A stretch of DNA of 64,000 nucleotides. Origin: Pseudomonadota bacterium (GTDB taxonomy: Bacteria; Pseudomonadota; Alphaproteobacteria; Caulobacterales; Hyphomonadaceae). The stretch lies in NCBI GenBank assembly GCA_039194965.1, contig JBCCVQ010000015.1, positions 22,675-86,674 of the forward strand, given 5' to 3'. Below the pieces are notes generated by a model, which had not been told where the DNA came from, did not search any database, and worked only from the letters and a program-made list of their open reading frames with translations. The position numbers and the translations under genes were made by a program. Of this stretch, positions 32,102 to 41,994 are shown piece after piece (the stretch's first letter is position 1; every line of letters begins with the position of its first letter).

Positions 32102-33271
32102 TCAGCGCGTGGTCAGGAACCCATCCACGACGCCATCGCGCGATAATTGCTGGCGCTCACGCTCGGCCATATCACGGCTTGGGAAAGGCCCAACCAAGAC
32201 GCGGAAGAAGTCGCCGCCATTGACGCGAGCTTCCTCGATTTTGACCGGCAAGCCTGCGCCAATATTCGTGGTCAGGCGCTGCGCATTGGCAATATCCGAG
32301 AAGGCGCCCGCTTGGATAAATACATTACCAGCAGGTGCGGCGGGCCCGACACTCAGACTTGCGACGCGGACAGGCGCTGGCCGCGTAGTTGGTAAGACGG
32401 GTTGTGTTACGGTCGAGACTTCACGCACGGGTGCGGGAGTCGCGACGGGTGCTGCAGCGAGCGGAGGTAAGGACTCATTCTCTACCGTCGACATGGCGTA
32501 GGTTTCTGGATTTTGTTGAACCGGCGCTGGACCGAGATAACGCAGCCGGACAGATGCAAACCGGCCCTGCCCCATGCCCAACACCGTTGCGGCACGCGGC
32601 GACAATTCTAAGATCCGTTTTCCGTCAAACGGTCCGCGATCATTCACGCGCACGACAACTTCGCGGCCATTGTCCTCGTTGATCACTTGCACAAGGCTCG
32701 GCAGCGGAAGACTTGGATGCGCCGCGGTCATTGCTGTTTCGTCGAAAATTTCGCCATTGGCGGTCGGCTGGCCATCAAAGCCGTCCATGTAGATGCCCGC
32801 TTCGCCGCGCTCTTCGCGGATTTCCGCGTCACGATCGGCGCGAACACGACTCAGCGTGAGCGGCTTGCCAGTGCGCGCCGTTGTCTGCGGCTGAACTGAG
32901 GCAATCCGAATCGGCTGACTGGCCGGACTGACTTCGATAGAGGGTTCGGCGACGCGGAAGGAGAAAGGGTCAGATGTGGATGCAGACGGTCCTTGCGAAA
33001 CAGGAAAGGTTGGCGTCGGTGTGAGAGTCGCAGTCGATGGCGCAGCGCTCTGCGTCGGATATTGGAACTCAATACGGCGATTTTCCGTCACCGTTGCCGT
33101 CGTAGCCAGATCAGACTGAACTGCCGTCTCAGAGGGAGGCGCATCAGTTGCATCCGCGTACACAATCGGTGCGGCCCGCCGATCCGCGTGAGCGGGCGCG
33201 AGCAATCCAATGGCTATAAATGTCGTTCCAGTCAGCGCAATTCCGAGCGCGCGGGACACAGACGTTTTCAT
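32102..33271 (-). CDS. rlpA: Septal ring lytic transglycosylase RlpA-family protein (DPBB + SPOR)
   Basis: 389 aa. It has a signal peptide, a Pro/Ala/Thr-rich linker, a DPBB core (TANGEIFDETAMTAAHPSLPLPSLVQVIN...VVVRVNDRGPF) and a C-terminal SPOR domain (VFIQAGAFSDIANAQRL...FFRVLVGPF). Confidence 0.85.
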   Translation of the reverse strand: MKTSVSRALGIALTGTTFIAIGLLAPAHADRRAAPIVYADATDAPPSETAVQSDLATTATVTENRRIEFQYPTQSAAPSTATLTPTPTFPVSQGPSASTSDPFSFRVAEPSIEVSPASQPIRIASVQPQTTARTGKPLTLSRVRADRDAEIREERGEAGIYMDGFDGQPTANGEIFDETAMTAAHPSLPLPSLVQVINEDNGREVVVRVNDRGPFDGKRILELSPRAATVLGMGQGRFASVRLRYLGPAPVQQNPETYAMSTVENESLPPLAAAPVATPAPVREVSTVTQPVLPTTRPAPVRVASLSVGPAAPAGNVFIQAGAFSDIANAQRLTTNIGAGLPVKIEEARVNGGDFFRVLVGPFPSRDMAERERQQLSRDGVVDGFLTTR

Positions 33272-33500
33272 CTCTTACCTCTTTCTGCGGTCGCGACCCT
33301 TTTCGGGCCGACAGAGCGTTCAGCTCTTTCTCGACGAAGCGTTTGTTTACCATAACAAGCTGCACGCCCGGTGAACGGAAACAAAAACTTGAGTCAATCG
33401 ACAGAAAGATCTGATTAACCATAGATCATCTGAATGCAGGCAATTTCATGACAGGCCTTGCAATTGTCCGCGGACTGTAGAAAAGGAAGCGTCCTGCTGC

Positions 33501-33590
<90 letters not shown>

Positions 33591-33822
33591 TCAGATGTTT
33601 GTTTTATCTCATTATATTCAAGGGAATAAGCGAACGCGCATTACTCGTAAGAGCGCTGTTTCAGCCCCCGCCACTGCTCCGAAGCACACCCGCCAGCGCG
33701 ATTGTCCGCGATCCTATCGCTTTATCTATTGCGGAGTTGTGGGCTCGCGGAAGTGAATCGGCTGGAAGGCTCTGCTTAAATGAATGTGGGCATGCACTGA
33801 CCTAGTTGCGGCAGTACGCAAA

Positions 33823-34302
33823 CTATGGACGTTCATCTAGGGCGCCAATATCGAGGACCGGGGCCGCGTCTAGATCTTCAGCGTCTAATAGTGCTGCGAT
33901 CCTTTCGAGCGAAGAAACCAGCATTGATTGATGCCAATCAGGCAGATTTACGAACCGGGTCTGGAAGGTCTGCTGGAGCAAATCAGGCGCGGACGTAATC
34001 ATGGTCTCTCCCTCTGGCAACAGTTTGAGCCACACGCGTCGGCGATCTTCTTCGCATCTCCGTCGCGTCGCCACGCCGCGCGCCACCAGTTTGTCCACCA
34101 AGCTCGTGATGGTCGCATGTTTGAGCTGGGTCAGATTCGAAACTTCGCCAACAGAAATTTCGCCCCGCTCCGAGAGTATTTGCATCACCAGCAACTGGGA
34201 CGGCGTGAGGCCAGCATGGGCGGCGAGTTTCTTGGACGCTTGCTCGGTGCGCCTTTGGATTTGCCGAAGCGCGATCAGAGCGTCTTCAGATCTTGCACTC
34301 AT
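33823..34302 (-). CDS. MarR-family transcriptional regulator
   Basis: 159 aa with a winged-HTH segment LTPSQLLVMQILSERGEISVGEVSNLTQLKHATITSLVDKLVARGV. It starts 11 nt after the sulfotransferase stop. Confidence 0.85.
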   Translation of the reverse strand: MSARSEDALIALRQIQRRTEQASKKLAAHAGLTPSQLLVMQILSERGEISVGEVSNLTQLKHATITSLVDKLVARGVATRRRCEEDRRRVWLKLLPEGETMITSAPDLLQQTFQTRFVNLPDWHQSMLVSSLERIAALLDAEDLDAAPVLDIGALDERP

Positions 34303-34313
34303 CTTCTTATTCC

Positions 34314-36323
34314 TCAGTCACTTAAGAGCGATGGACCCAATGCCCTTTTTAACGGATCGAGGAAGGGTTCAAACGGCTTCCATTGATCTTGTCCAGCACG
34401 ATTGATCGGTCTGCGCACTTGTTCTGAACTGGCCGTTCGAACGGCTCTATCCGTCTTATAGAATTCAATGCACGCGGCCTCAAACGGCAGGTCACAATAA
34501 TCCAGGATACGACGAACTTCACCCTCCAAATTATCGAGGACGTCTTCGTGCTGTACGCGCAAAATGCGTCCTGACGGTAGAACCGACTCCCAGTGATCCA
34601 TCAGATCGACATAGCCCTGATAATAATGCCCGATATCCTCAAGTCCGTAGGTAAACTCCTGACCTTCGGCGAACAATTGTTTGTAGGCTGACCAGCAACA
34701 GTCGAGTGGTGCACGTCGGGCATCGATGATTTTGGCGTTCGGTAAAATGAGATGAATGAGTCCGAGATGACGGAAATTATTCGGCATCTTATCGGTGAAA
34801 TAGGCCGCGCCTTTGCGGTGGATTTGTGTGTCTTCTAGATAACGCTCACCCAAAGTTGTGAGCTCTTCAGCTGATAATTCGGCGAGAATTCGCGGATAGC
34901 GGTCTCGATCACTGATGATATTACGCCCCCGCAATCGATGCGCCAGAGATAAGATGTTTGGAAGTTCAAGCGTGCCGTCGACTTGACTGTGAGAGGCGAG
35001 GATTTGCTCAATCAGCGTTGATCCCGCGCGCGGCAACCCAACGATAAAAATCGGATCTGGCGCGGGGCATCCTTGATCGCTTTGCGACCCGAGGACGTCT
35101 TCTGAGCAATGAGTTTTCTGGGCGTCAAACTCAGCCAACATCTGTTCCGTAGTGTAACGCGTCTGTTTTTGCTTGAGTGAGTTTCCCGTTTGATAGCTGT
35201 CGAACGCTAAGGCGAAGTCGCGGCGATCTTCGAACGCTTTGCCGAGCGCAAACGCAATGTGCACCCGCGACATAAAGCTGAGGTCCGGCGATTGCTGGGC
35301 GGCTTGCATGTCGTGCAGCTCATCGTCTGAAAAGCGATACGTCTTCAGATTGGCAAGCGCGTACCAAGCATCTCCATTATTGGGGTCTGCGCGCAACGCG
35401 GCCCGGTAGGACGCAACAGCATCATCTGAATGACCATGGGTTTTTAGTGCATGCCCCTGTGACGTGAGCGTTGCAGGGTCGTCCGGTCGTTGGGCGAGAA
35501 CTTTCTCAAACGCTTGCAGGGCTGTCTCATAGTCACCTGCTTGCATAGATTCGATCGCGAATAAGGATTGAAATACGGGGCTGTTTGGATCGCGTTCTAG
35601 CAAGGTTTTCGCTTGGGTGAGAGCCGCACCGTATTTTTGTCGCTTTCGCAGCACTTGAATGTAATCGATCCGCAATTGGACATTATCGGGCTCAAGCTGG
35701 ATTGCGGACTCTAATAGTAAATCTGCGTCTTCATGGACACCGAGTCGCGACCCGATATCGGCTAAGAGACGCATCGCCTCGATATTGTGGGGGTGCTTTT
35801 GCAAAAAAGCTCGAACCAATTTTTCGGCCTTCAGCACGCGGCCTTCATAGAGGTGATTTGTCACCGCCAACAAAACACGCGGCAATGATTGGATTCGGTT
35901 TAGTTGAGCTTTTGCCGCGTCGGCTTCAGACTGTTGCTCGGGCGAGAGCAACAATTCAACTTGCGCGCGCCAACTCGCGACCAATGCAGGATTGTAGCGC
36001 ACCGCCAGTCTAAAGGCGTTGAGCGCGCGATCTGTATCCCCCATCGCTCGGAATAAATGCCCCTCCTCCTGATAGGCGCGACCATATTCGGGTGCTGCCT
36101 TTTTGAGCTCATTTAAGTGGCCCAACGCAACAGAAAACTGCCCCAAATAGCGCGCCGCGACAGCCGCAAGATAGAGCGCGTCTTGATCCGCCGGAGCCGA
36201 GGATAACATCGAATCAGCAATTGCCGCCGCCTCATCGAAGCGGCCAGCTTGCATATCTGACTGCGCTTGCTTGATACGTTTGGCATGAATGGCGTCGACA
36301 GTTTGGGTCATGGTACATTCCAT
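34314..36323 (-). CDS. TPR-repeat protein fused to a PAPS-type sulfotransferase domain
   Basis: 669 aa with no signal peptide. The N-terminal ~380 aa are TPR repeats (recurring A..AL..DP.N..A-type units). The C-terminal domain has the 5-prime-PSB-like loop FIVGLPRAGSTLIEQILASH and the family tail RTASSEQVRRPI. Confidence 0.75.
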   Translation of the reverse strand: MECTMTQTVDAIHAKRIKQAQSDMQAGRFDEAAAIADSMLSSAPADQDALYLAAVAARYLGQFSVALGHLNELKKAAPEYGRAYQEEGHLFRAMGDTDRALNAFRLAVRYNPALVASWRAQVELLLSPEQQSEADAAKAQLNRIQSLPRVLLAVTNHLYEGRVLKAEKLVRAFLQKHPHNIEAMRLLADIGSRLGVHEDADLLLESAIQLEPDNVQLRIDYIQVLRKRQKYGAALTQAKTLLERDPNSPVFQSLFAIESMQAGDYETALQAFEKVLAQRPDDPATLTSQGHALKTHGHSDDAVASYRAALRADPNNGDAWYALANLKTYRFSDDELHDMQAAQQSPDLSFMSRVHIAFALGKAFEDRRDFALAFDSYQTGNSLKQKQTRYTTEQMLAEFDAQKTHCSEDVLGSQSDQGCPAPDPIFIVGLPRAGSTLIEQILASHSQVDGTLELPNILSLAHRLRGRNIISDRDRYPRILAELSAEELTTLGERYLEDTQIHRKGAAYFTDKMPNNFRHLGLIHLILPNAKIIDARRAPLDCCWSAYKQLFAEGQEFTYGLEDIGHYYQGYVDLMDHWESVLPSGRILRVQHEDVLDNLEGEVRRILDYCDLPFEAACIEFYKTDRAVRTASSEQVRRPINRAGQDQWKPFEPFLDPLKRALGPSLLSD

Positions 36324-36326
36324 AAA

Positions 36327-36360
36327 AAGGCAGCGCCTTGATGGATCAAGACGCGGCCTT
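36327..36360 (-). terminator. Possible attenuator hairpin between the TBDR and sulfotransferase genes
   Basis: The minus-strand transcript reads AAGGCCGCG-(15-nt loop)-CGCTGCCTT followed by TTTTT and then directly the ATG of the sulfotransferase. 8 of 9 stem positions pair. Confidence 0.3.
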
Positions 36361-36382
36361 CATTCGCTATTCGAGGTTTCGA

Positions 36383-38953
36383 CTAAAAGTCATAGCCGAC
36401 TCGGACCCCAATGGTACGTGGTCGCATTGGCGTTACCCGGTTTCGGTCAAACTGGAAACTATTGCTAAGCTCAGCATACTCGTTCGTCAGATTGGTCGCG
36501 AACAATTCGGCAGACCATTGATCTGCGGTCACACCCAAGGTGCCCCCTAAGACGACATAACCATCAACATCGCCCTTGTTGATCTCGACAATATCGCTGA
36601 CGGAATCATCAGAAAAAACGATCTGCGGCATGATATGCGCGGTCAGTGAGGAGCCACCGACTTGCTGTTCGAGATCCCATTCATACCGAACCCGAATGTT
36701 GCCTTGATAAGCTGGCGCAAAGGCGAGATCGGATCCCTGCAGAACATCATCCGTTGGGACCAGAACCTCTGTGATTTCCGTATCGAGTAAGGAGAAAGCA
36801 CCGGCAATGGTTAAGCCGTCGACTGAATATGGCGCCCAGGTAAAGTCACCCTCTAAACCGCTGATTTCGGCATTTGCCGCATTGTCGGAGAAGAATAAGT
36901 TCACAATCGAAGGATCAAAAATTGTGGCCTGCAGGCCTTCAATCTCGACAAAAAACGCTGAACCATTGAACCGAAGCGAGTTGTCGAAAAGCTCCGTCTT
37001 CCAGCCGATTTCATAGTTCTGAATGTCGTCTGTATCGACGGCAAATGGGACCGTATACGTTCCGGCTGGATTGGATCGCCCACCTGGACGGTTGAGTAGG
37101 CCGGGACGGAAGCCTTCCGAATATGTCGCATATAGAAGCACGTTGTCGGTCGGCGTATAGGATCCCGTCAATTTATAGATCGTGCCATCCGTGGAGGCCG
37201 TATCCGGCGCGCCGAAGGGATTATTGGGGGCGAACTGAGCCGAGATGTTCGTGCCGGCGCGTTGTTGGTCGGTGGCTTGCCCGAGATTGAAGAATGACGA
37301 GTTGGCCGAGCCTTCGAGATCGACTTCGATGTCATACCATCGCGCTCCGAACGTGATCGCGAATTGCTCGTTTAGGTCGAAAGTTGCTTCCCCGAACAAG
37401 CCAAGCTGTTCATCTGTTCGCAAGACATCATTGCGGAAGATAGCGGATTCTGGGAACGGTCCGGGATCGCTAAAAAATCCGGGTTGAGCGCTACCGATTT
37501 CTCCGGTCACCGCAGTATTGGTAAGCGGGTAATTGTCTGGGAATCCTGCGACGCCACTAAATCCAATGGCAAAGCGCGAGCCCGGATAGGTGAAGTCATT
37601 GCGTTCGAGCAATTCAAGATCAGAATAGAAACCTCCAAACGTGGCGCGCAATCTATGCTCAGCTGGTGTGTTGAAGCGTAACTCGTGCGTTTCGACTTTT
37701 AACTCTGTCAAAGAGTCGACGAACAAGTCTGGTGCTTGGCACGTGCCGCTTGGTGCGGCTGAGCCAGGATAGGTCACCGACCCATCGCAAATGTAGTAAG
37801 GAAGATACTGACCGACAAAAAGGTAGTCAGTATAGTCGACCGTTTGATCCGTAGTTCGGTCTGTATAGGCGCCGGTATAGAGGGCTTCGAGCATTCCAAT
37901 CCGGCCTTCCAGGGTCCAGCTCGTATTGTGATAACTGTCTTCGATTTCGTCGTCCGAGAACCGCTGGATGTCGTAATCGTCAAGCTCAGGGTCGGCGAAA
38001 AACACGCCTTCTGTGTCGAGCTGTTGTTGGGCGTGTGAAACCAACAAGCTCCAATCAGAGTTGAACTCATAGACGGTGCTTAAGCGAAACCCCGCATAAA
38101 CCGTGTCATTGAAATCGTTCTCAACGATTGAGCTGTTATTGGCGGGGATAAAAGTAACGCCCGACAAGTCCGCCCCGGCTTGGAAACCAGCCCGTCCTGG
38201 CGATACGACGAGACCATTGTCGCGCACCGTGCCCGCTGGACGGAAGCGCGCGGATTCTTGGGCTGTCACAGTACCACCGACATTGTCGATATAGCCGCCT
38301 TGATTATCGGTATAGACGACGCCCCGCACCGCGAATTTGTCTGAGACGGGCAGGTTAAGCATGGCTTCTACGCTATTGCTCATCTCACCACCGTCGCTAA
38401 ACGAGGTTGACGCTTTCACGGACGCAGCAACGCCTGAAAAATCTGGCTTATTGGTGATCAATCGAACAGTGCCCGCTTGAGAGCTTGCGCCGAACAGCGT
38501 CCCTTGTGGGCCGGAGAGCACTTCTACGCGCTCGAGATCAGCGGCATAAACGTCGAGATTGCGCCCAGGTTGGGCCAATGGCTGCTCATCAAGATAGAAG
38601 GAGACATTCGGCGCGAGACCCGCAACGCCGGCAATAGTTGCTGCCGGAGTCGTGGAGGCTAGACCGCGGATGTAGATGGAATTTTGACCTGGGCCGGAAC
38701 CACCCGCTGTGACGCCAGGCAGCTGGATGAGGTAATCGGTAAAGTTCTTGACGCCGAGTTCTTCCAATTCTTGTTCGCCGATCGCGTCGACAGCAACTGG
38801 GATACTTTGCGCACTCTCGGAGCGTTTCGTGGCCGTCACGGTCACAGACTGAAGGCGCTTCACCTCTGGTTCAGCAGCATCTTGTGCAACGGCACTCATG
38901 CCGCAAAGGCCGATCATGGCGATCAGCGATGCGCCACTCATTAATCGATACAT
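36383..38953 (-). CDS. TonB-dependent receptor
   Basis: 856 aa. It has a signal peptide, a TonB-box-like LQSVTVTATK, a plug domain (IPVAVDAIGEQELEELG...IYIRG) and a C-terminal barrel ending IGVRVGYDF. Confidence 0.92.
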   Translation of the reverse strand: MYRLMSGASLIAMIGLCGMSAVAQDAAEPEVKRLQSVTVTATKRSESAQSIPVAVDAIGEQELEELGVKNFTDYLIQLPGVTAGGSGPGQNSIYIRGLASTTPAATIAGVAGLAPNVSFYLDEQPLAQPGRNLDVYAADLERVEVLSGPQGTLFGASSQAGTVRLITNKPDFSGVAASVKASTSFSDGGEMSNSVEAMLNLPVSDKFAVRGVVYTDNQGGYIDNVGGTVTAQESARFRPAGTVRDNGLVVSPGRAGFQAGADLSGVTFIPANNSSIVENDFNDTVYAGFRLSTVYEFNSDWSLLVSHAQQQLDTEGVFFADPELDDYDIQRFSDDEIEDSYHNTSWTLEGRIGMLEALYTGAYTDRTTDQTVDYTDYLFVGQYLPYYICDGSVTYPGSAAPSGTCQAPDLFVDSLTELKVETHELRFNTPAEHRLRATFGGFYSDLELLERNDFTYPGSRFAIGFSGVAGFPDNYPLTNTAVTGEIGSAQPGFFSDPGPFPESAIFRNDVLRTDEQLGLFGEATFDLNEQFAITFGARWYDIEVDLEGSANSSFFNLGQATDQQRAGTNISAQFAPNNPFGAPDTASTDGTIYKLTGSYTPTDNVLLYATYSEGFRPGLLNRPGGRSNPAGTYTVPFAVDTDDIQNYEIGWKTELFDNSLRFNGSAFFVEIEGLQATIFDPSIVNLFFSDNAANAEISGLEGDFTWAPYSVDGLTIAGAFSLLDTEITEVLVPTDDVLQGSDLAFAPAYQGNIRVRYEWDLEQQVGGSSLTAHIMPQIVFSDDSVSDIVEINKGDVDGYVVLGGTLGVTADQWSAELFATNLTNEYAELSNSFQFDRNRVTPMRPRTIGVRVGYDF

Positions 38954-39244
38954 ATGTAATCCCTCGGGGGGTTGCTCCGGTCACGCAGGCCCACGCCGAA
39001 TTACGCAGGGCACACTAGAATCGCGACCGCTCTTTGGTCAGCGTTACCTAACAGATAGTTTGATGATGGAAAGATTATGCACTGTCATTGGCGTCCGAAA
39101 TCGAAACTCAGGGCGACTCTGTGCCAATTATACAGCACTTCCGGGGCGTCACCTCTGCACCCACACGCGGACGCGTGCGCCAAATGCTTTGAAGATCGAC
39201 ATAATTCGTGCATGACGAGCCAAACAGATTTTTGAAAGGACCGT

Positions 39245-40846
39245 ATGCCGGATTCTGAAGCCATCTCCTCGGTCGAAACCGAGTATGATACCGAATATGA
39301 GGTCGGTCAGGACAATGTCGAGGTCCTGGGATTGGACGTCCATAATCCGGTTTTCTTTTTGGCCGCCAGCCTCGTACTTCTCTTTGGCGGACTCACCCTC
39401 GTCTTTCCAACCGCCTCTGGCGAGATGTTGAGTGCTGCCAGATCTCACACATTGCAATCCTTCGATTGGTTGTTCGCCGCGACGCCCGTGCTGGTGTTCG
39501 TTTTCTGTCTAAGCCTGGCGATATCACCGCTCGGCCGTATTCGTTTGGGCGGCCGTGACGCGACACCTGATTACAAAATACACTCTTGGATTGCGATGCT
39601 GTTCGCAGCTGGCGTGGGCATTGGGTTTATGTTCTGGGGGGCGGCTGAGCCACTGGCTTACCACACAGATTGGTTCGGTATGCCGCTCGGCGCTGAACCC
39701 GGATCGCCAGAAGCGAACCGCTTGGCGTTTAGCGCCACCTTGTTCCATTGGGGCCTAGCGCCTTGGGCGATTTACGCTATCGTCGGACTGTCGCTGGGTT
39801 TTTTCGCGCACAATAAGGGGCTCCCGCTTTCGGTTCGCTCGGCTTTTTATCCCCTGTTAGGGGAACGGGTCTGGGGCTGGTGGGGTCATGTGATCGACCT
39901 GTTTGCCGTCGTATCCACGATCTTCGGGCTAGCGACCACAATTGGCCTCGGCGGCACACAAGCCGCCAGCGGCCTCGGCTACATGTTCGATTTTGAGCCC
40001 AATGTGTGGACGCAAATCGGCTTGATCGGAGCGATGACGGGATTGGCGGTGCTCTCGGTAATCCGTGGAATGGATGGTGGCGTAAAGCTTTTAAGCAATA
40101 TCAACATGGTGGTTGCTTTTTGCCTTTTGCTATTCGTGATCATCGCGGGTCCAACGGCATTGATTTTCACCGGCATGGGAGAAAATCTTGTTGCTTACAT
40201 CGTCGACACACCCGCGCTGACCAACTGGGTCGGTCGTGAAGACATAGCGTGGTTCCATGATTGGACGATATTCTACTGGGCCTGGTGGATATCGTGGTCA
40301 CCTTTTGTGGGCATGTTCATTGCGCGCATTTCGAGAGGAAGAACCGTGCGCGAATACTTCTCGGTCGTGTTGCTCGCACCATTTACAATCTGCGTCGTCT
40401 GGTTCTCCGCCTTTGGAGAAACGGCGGTCTTCCAGTATGAGAACGGCATCGGCGATCTGTCGGGCGGCGTTGTGAATTCAGCGACGGTTTTGTTCCAGAT
40501 GTTGGCGGCGTTACCTTTGAGCGGCGTCACGTCAGTCATTGCAATTGGTTTGCTGATTGTCTTCATCGTAACCTCTGCAGACTCGGGCGCTTTGGTTGTC
40601 GATACGATCACGTCTGGCGGCAAGACCAATGCACCAATCGCGCAACGTGTTTTTTGGGCGTGCATGCTCGGCTTAACCGCATCAGCGCTGCTGTATGGTG
40701 GCGGAACGTCTGCGCTCGAAGCTCTGCAAGCCGGCACAATCGCGGCAGCGCTGCCATTCACGATCGTCCTGCTCATTTGTTGCCTCAGCCTCTATCTCGG
40801 CATGCGGGATGATATGCGCGCGGCAGCGGAGCATCCGGACGGATGA
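39245..40846 (+). CDS. BCCT-family betaine/carnitine/choline transporter
   Basis: 533 aa. It has the glycine-rich TM3 motif AMLFAAGVGIGFMFWGAAEP and the BCCT tryptophan box HDWTIFYWAWWISWSPFVGMFIARISRGRT. Confidence 0.9.
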   Translation: MPDSEAISSVETEYDTEYEVGQDNVEVLGLDVHNPVFFLAASLVLLFGGLTLVFPTASGEMLSAARSHTLQSFDWLFAATPVLVFVFCLSLAISPLGRIRLGGRDATPDYKIHSWIAMLFAAGVGIGFMFWGAAEPLAYHTDWFGMPLGAEPGSPEANRLAFSATLFHWGLAPWAIYAIVGLSLGFFAHNKGLPLSVRSAFYPLLGERVWGWWGHVIDLFAVVSTIFGLATTIGLGGTQAASGLGYMFDFEPNVWTQIGLIGAMTGLAVLSVIRGMDGGVKLLSNINMVVAFCLLLFVIIAGPTALIFTGMGENLVAYIVDTPALTNWVGREDIAWFHDWTIFYWAWWISWSPFVGMFIARISRGRTVREYFSVVLLAPFTICVVWFSAFGETAVFQYENGIGDLSGGVVNSATVLFQMLAALPLSGVTSVIAIGLLIVFIVTSADSGALVVDTITSGGKTNAPIAQRVFWACMLGLTASALLYGGGTSALEALQAGTIAAALPFTIVLLICCLSLYLGMRDDMRAAAEHPDG

Positions 40847-41994
40847 ATACGATTCTAACAATCGCCATTCTATTCACACTCTGCACGTCGCTTATTCTTG
40901 TCACTAGGTTTCGCAATCTGAAACTCAATGGCGGTGACCCATTGCCGCTCACTGCGTTCATGGCCATCCTGTTTACGTCCGGTCTCGATGTCGGATTGAT
41001 CATGTTCCCCCTCACTGAATTCCCTGTTTATGAGACCGAGGCCGCTTATCAGTTCACCAATGCCCTCGCGATTGAGTTCGGCTTCTGGGGCTTTTTGGTT
41101 TGGGGATTCTACTTTCTAACGACCTTCTATTTTTGCGTGGTAGAACCGAAGTTGAAAATATTCGAAATAGGTTGGGTGAAACTGATCAACAATGCCGTCA
41201 TCATAGCCACATGCGCGTTCACCGGTTTTTTGTTTCTGTCCTATTTGCCGAACTATATCGAAGGTATCAGCGATCCGTTCCGATATGGACTGGTCGCCAT
41301 TGTGGTTTTAGCGGCGGTGATTTCAAGCACCGACATTCGATACGTTAAGTGGCTAGGACTCGGATCTAGCGGTTTGTTCTTTGGCCTGATCGCCTTGCTT
41401 TGGCTCACCAGCGGCGCCGGCGTTTCGGGGCTTGCACAGAGCGCATCAAATATCGGCGGCTATTTCACAAATCTCCCAAAATTTACGCACCCGCAGACGG
41501 ATTATCACGCCTTTTATCTGTTCTGGTGGTTTGCTTGGAGCATCATGATCGGGCAGTTCGTGGCACGGTTCGTAGGTGGCTTGCGGACGTATCAATTGAT
41601 GCTGGCGCTGCTTATTCTACCTTCCATCCCAATCGCGCTGTGGTTTTCGATCCTCTATATCTATCACGCACAATCCATCGAACTGGTACAATGGCTGCAG
41701 ATTAGCATGGTCGTTGTCGGCGTCATCTTCGTCATCAATTCACTCGACTCGTTGACCCGGCTCTATTCTGAAAATCTCGGGCTCACAGTCACGCGCCTGA
41801 GCGGTCCGGTTTATGTGGCGACGCACTGGGCCCTGCTGTTCAGCTTGATCCTGCTCTACCAATTCACACCGCTCAAGATCGAATGGATTGGGCTGGTCGT
41901 GATCGGCATCTATTGCGCAATCTATGTCCTGACCTTTATCAGACGCGATGCGCTTAGAGGGATAGAGGAAGCAGAGGCAGCTCGCCATGGATAA
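40843..41994 (+). CDS. Compact (383 aa) divergent BCCT-like membrane protein
   Basis: Its ATG overlaps the BCCT stop (ATGA at 40843-40846) and its stop overlaps the next ATG by 8 nt. It has degenerate BCCT motifs in the right order: [19 protein letters not shown], then [27 protein letters not shown], then VINSLDS. It is visibly more AT-rich than its neighbours. Confidence 0.6.
   Translation: MNTILTIAILFTLCTSLILVTRFRNLKLNGGDPLPLTAFMAILFTSGLDVGLIMFPLTEFPVYETEAAYQFTNALAIEFGFWGFLVWGFYFLTTFYFCVVEPKLKIFEIGWVKLINNAVIIATCAFTGFLFLSYLPNYIEGISDPFRYGLVAIVVLAAVISSTDIRYVKWLGLGSSGLFFGLIALLWLTSGAGVSGLAQSASNIGGYFTNLPKFTHPQTDYHAFYLFWWFAWSIMIGQFVARFVGGLRTYQLMLALLILPSIPIALWFSILYIYHAQSIELVQWLQISMVVVGVIFVINSLDSLTRLYSENLGLTVTRLSGPVYVATHWALLFSLILLYQFTPLKIEWIGLVVIGIYCAIYVLTFIRRDALRGIEEAEAARHG

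Noticed and set aside
33591-33822. Small ORFs (33544..33756 and 33599..33805) and a possible sRNA or att site just 3-prime of tRNA-Ser
   Set aside because: The ORFs start inside or abut the tRNA and show no RBS or protein-like composition. I could not identify a convincing hairpin, terminator or repeat of the tRNA end by eye.
38954-39244. Possible riboswitch (for example cobalamin) or other structured leader upstream of the TonB-dependent receptor
   Set aside because: I read both strands and found no B12-box-like GCCACTG core or other riboswitch consensus I recognise. I treat it only as a divergent promoter region.
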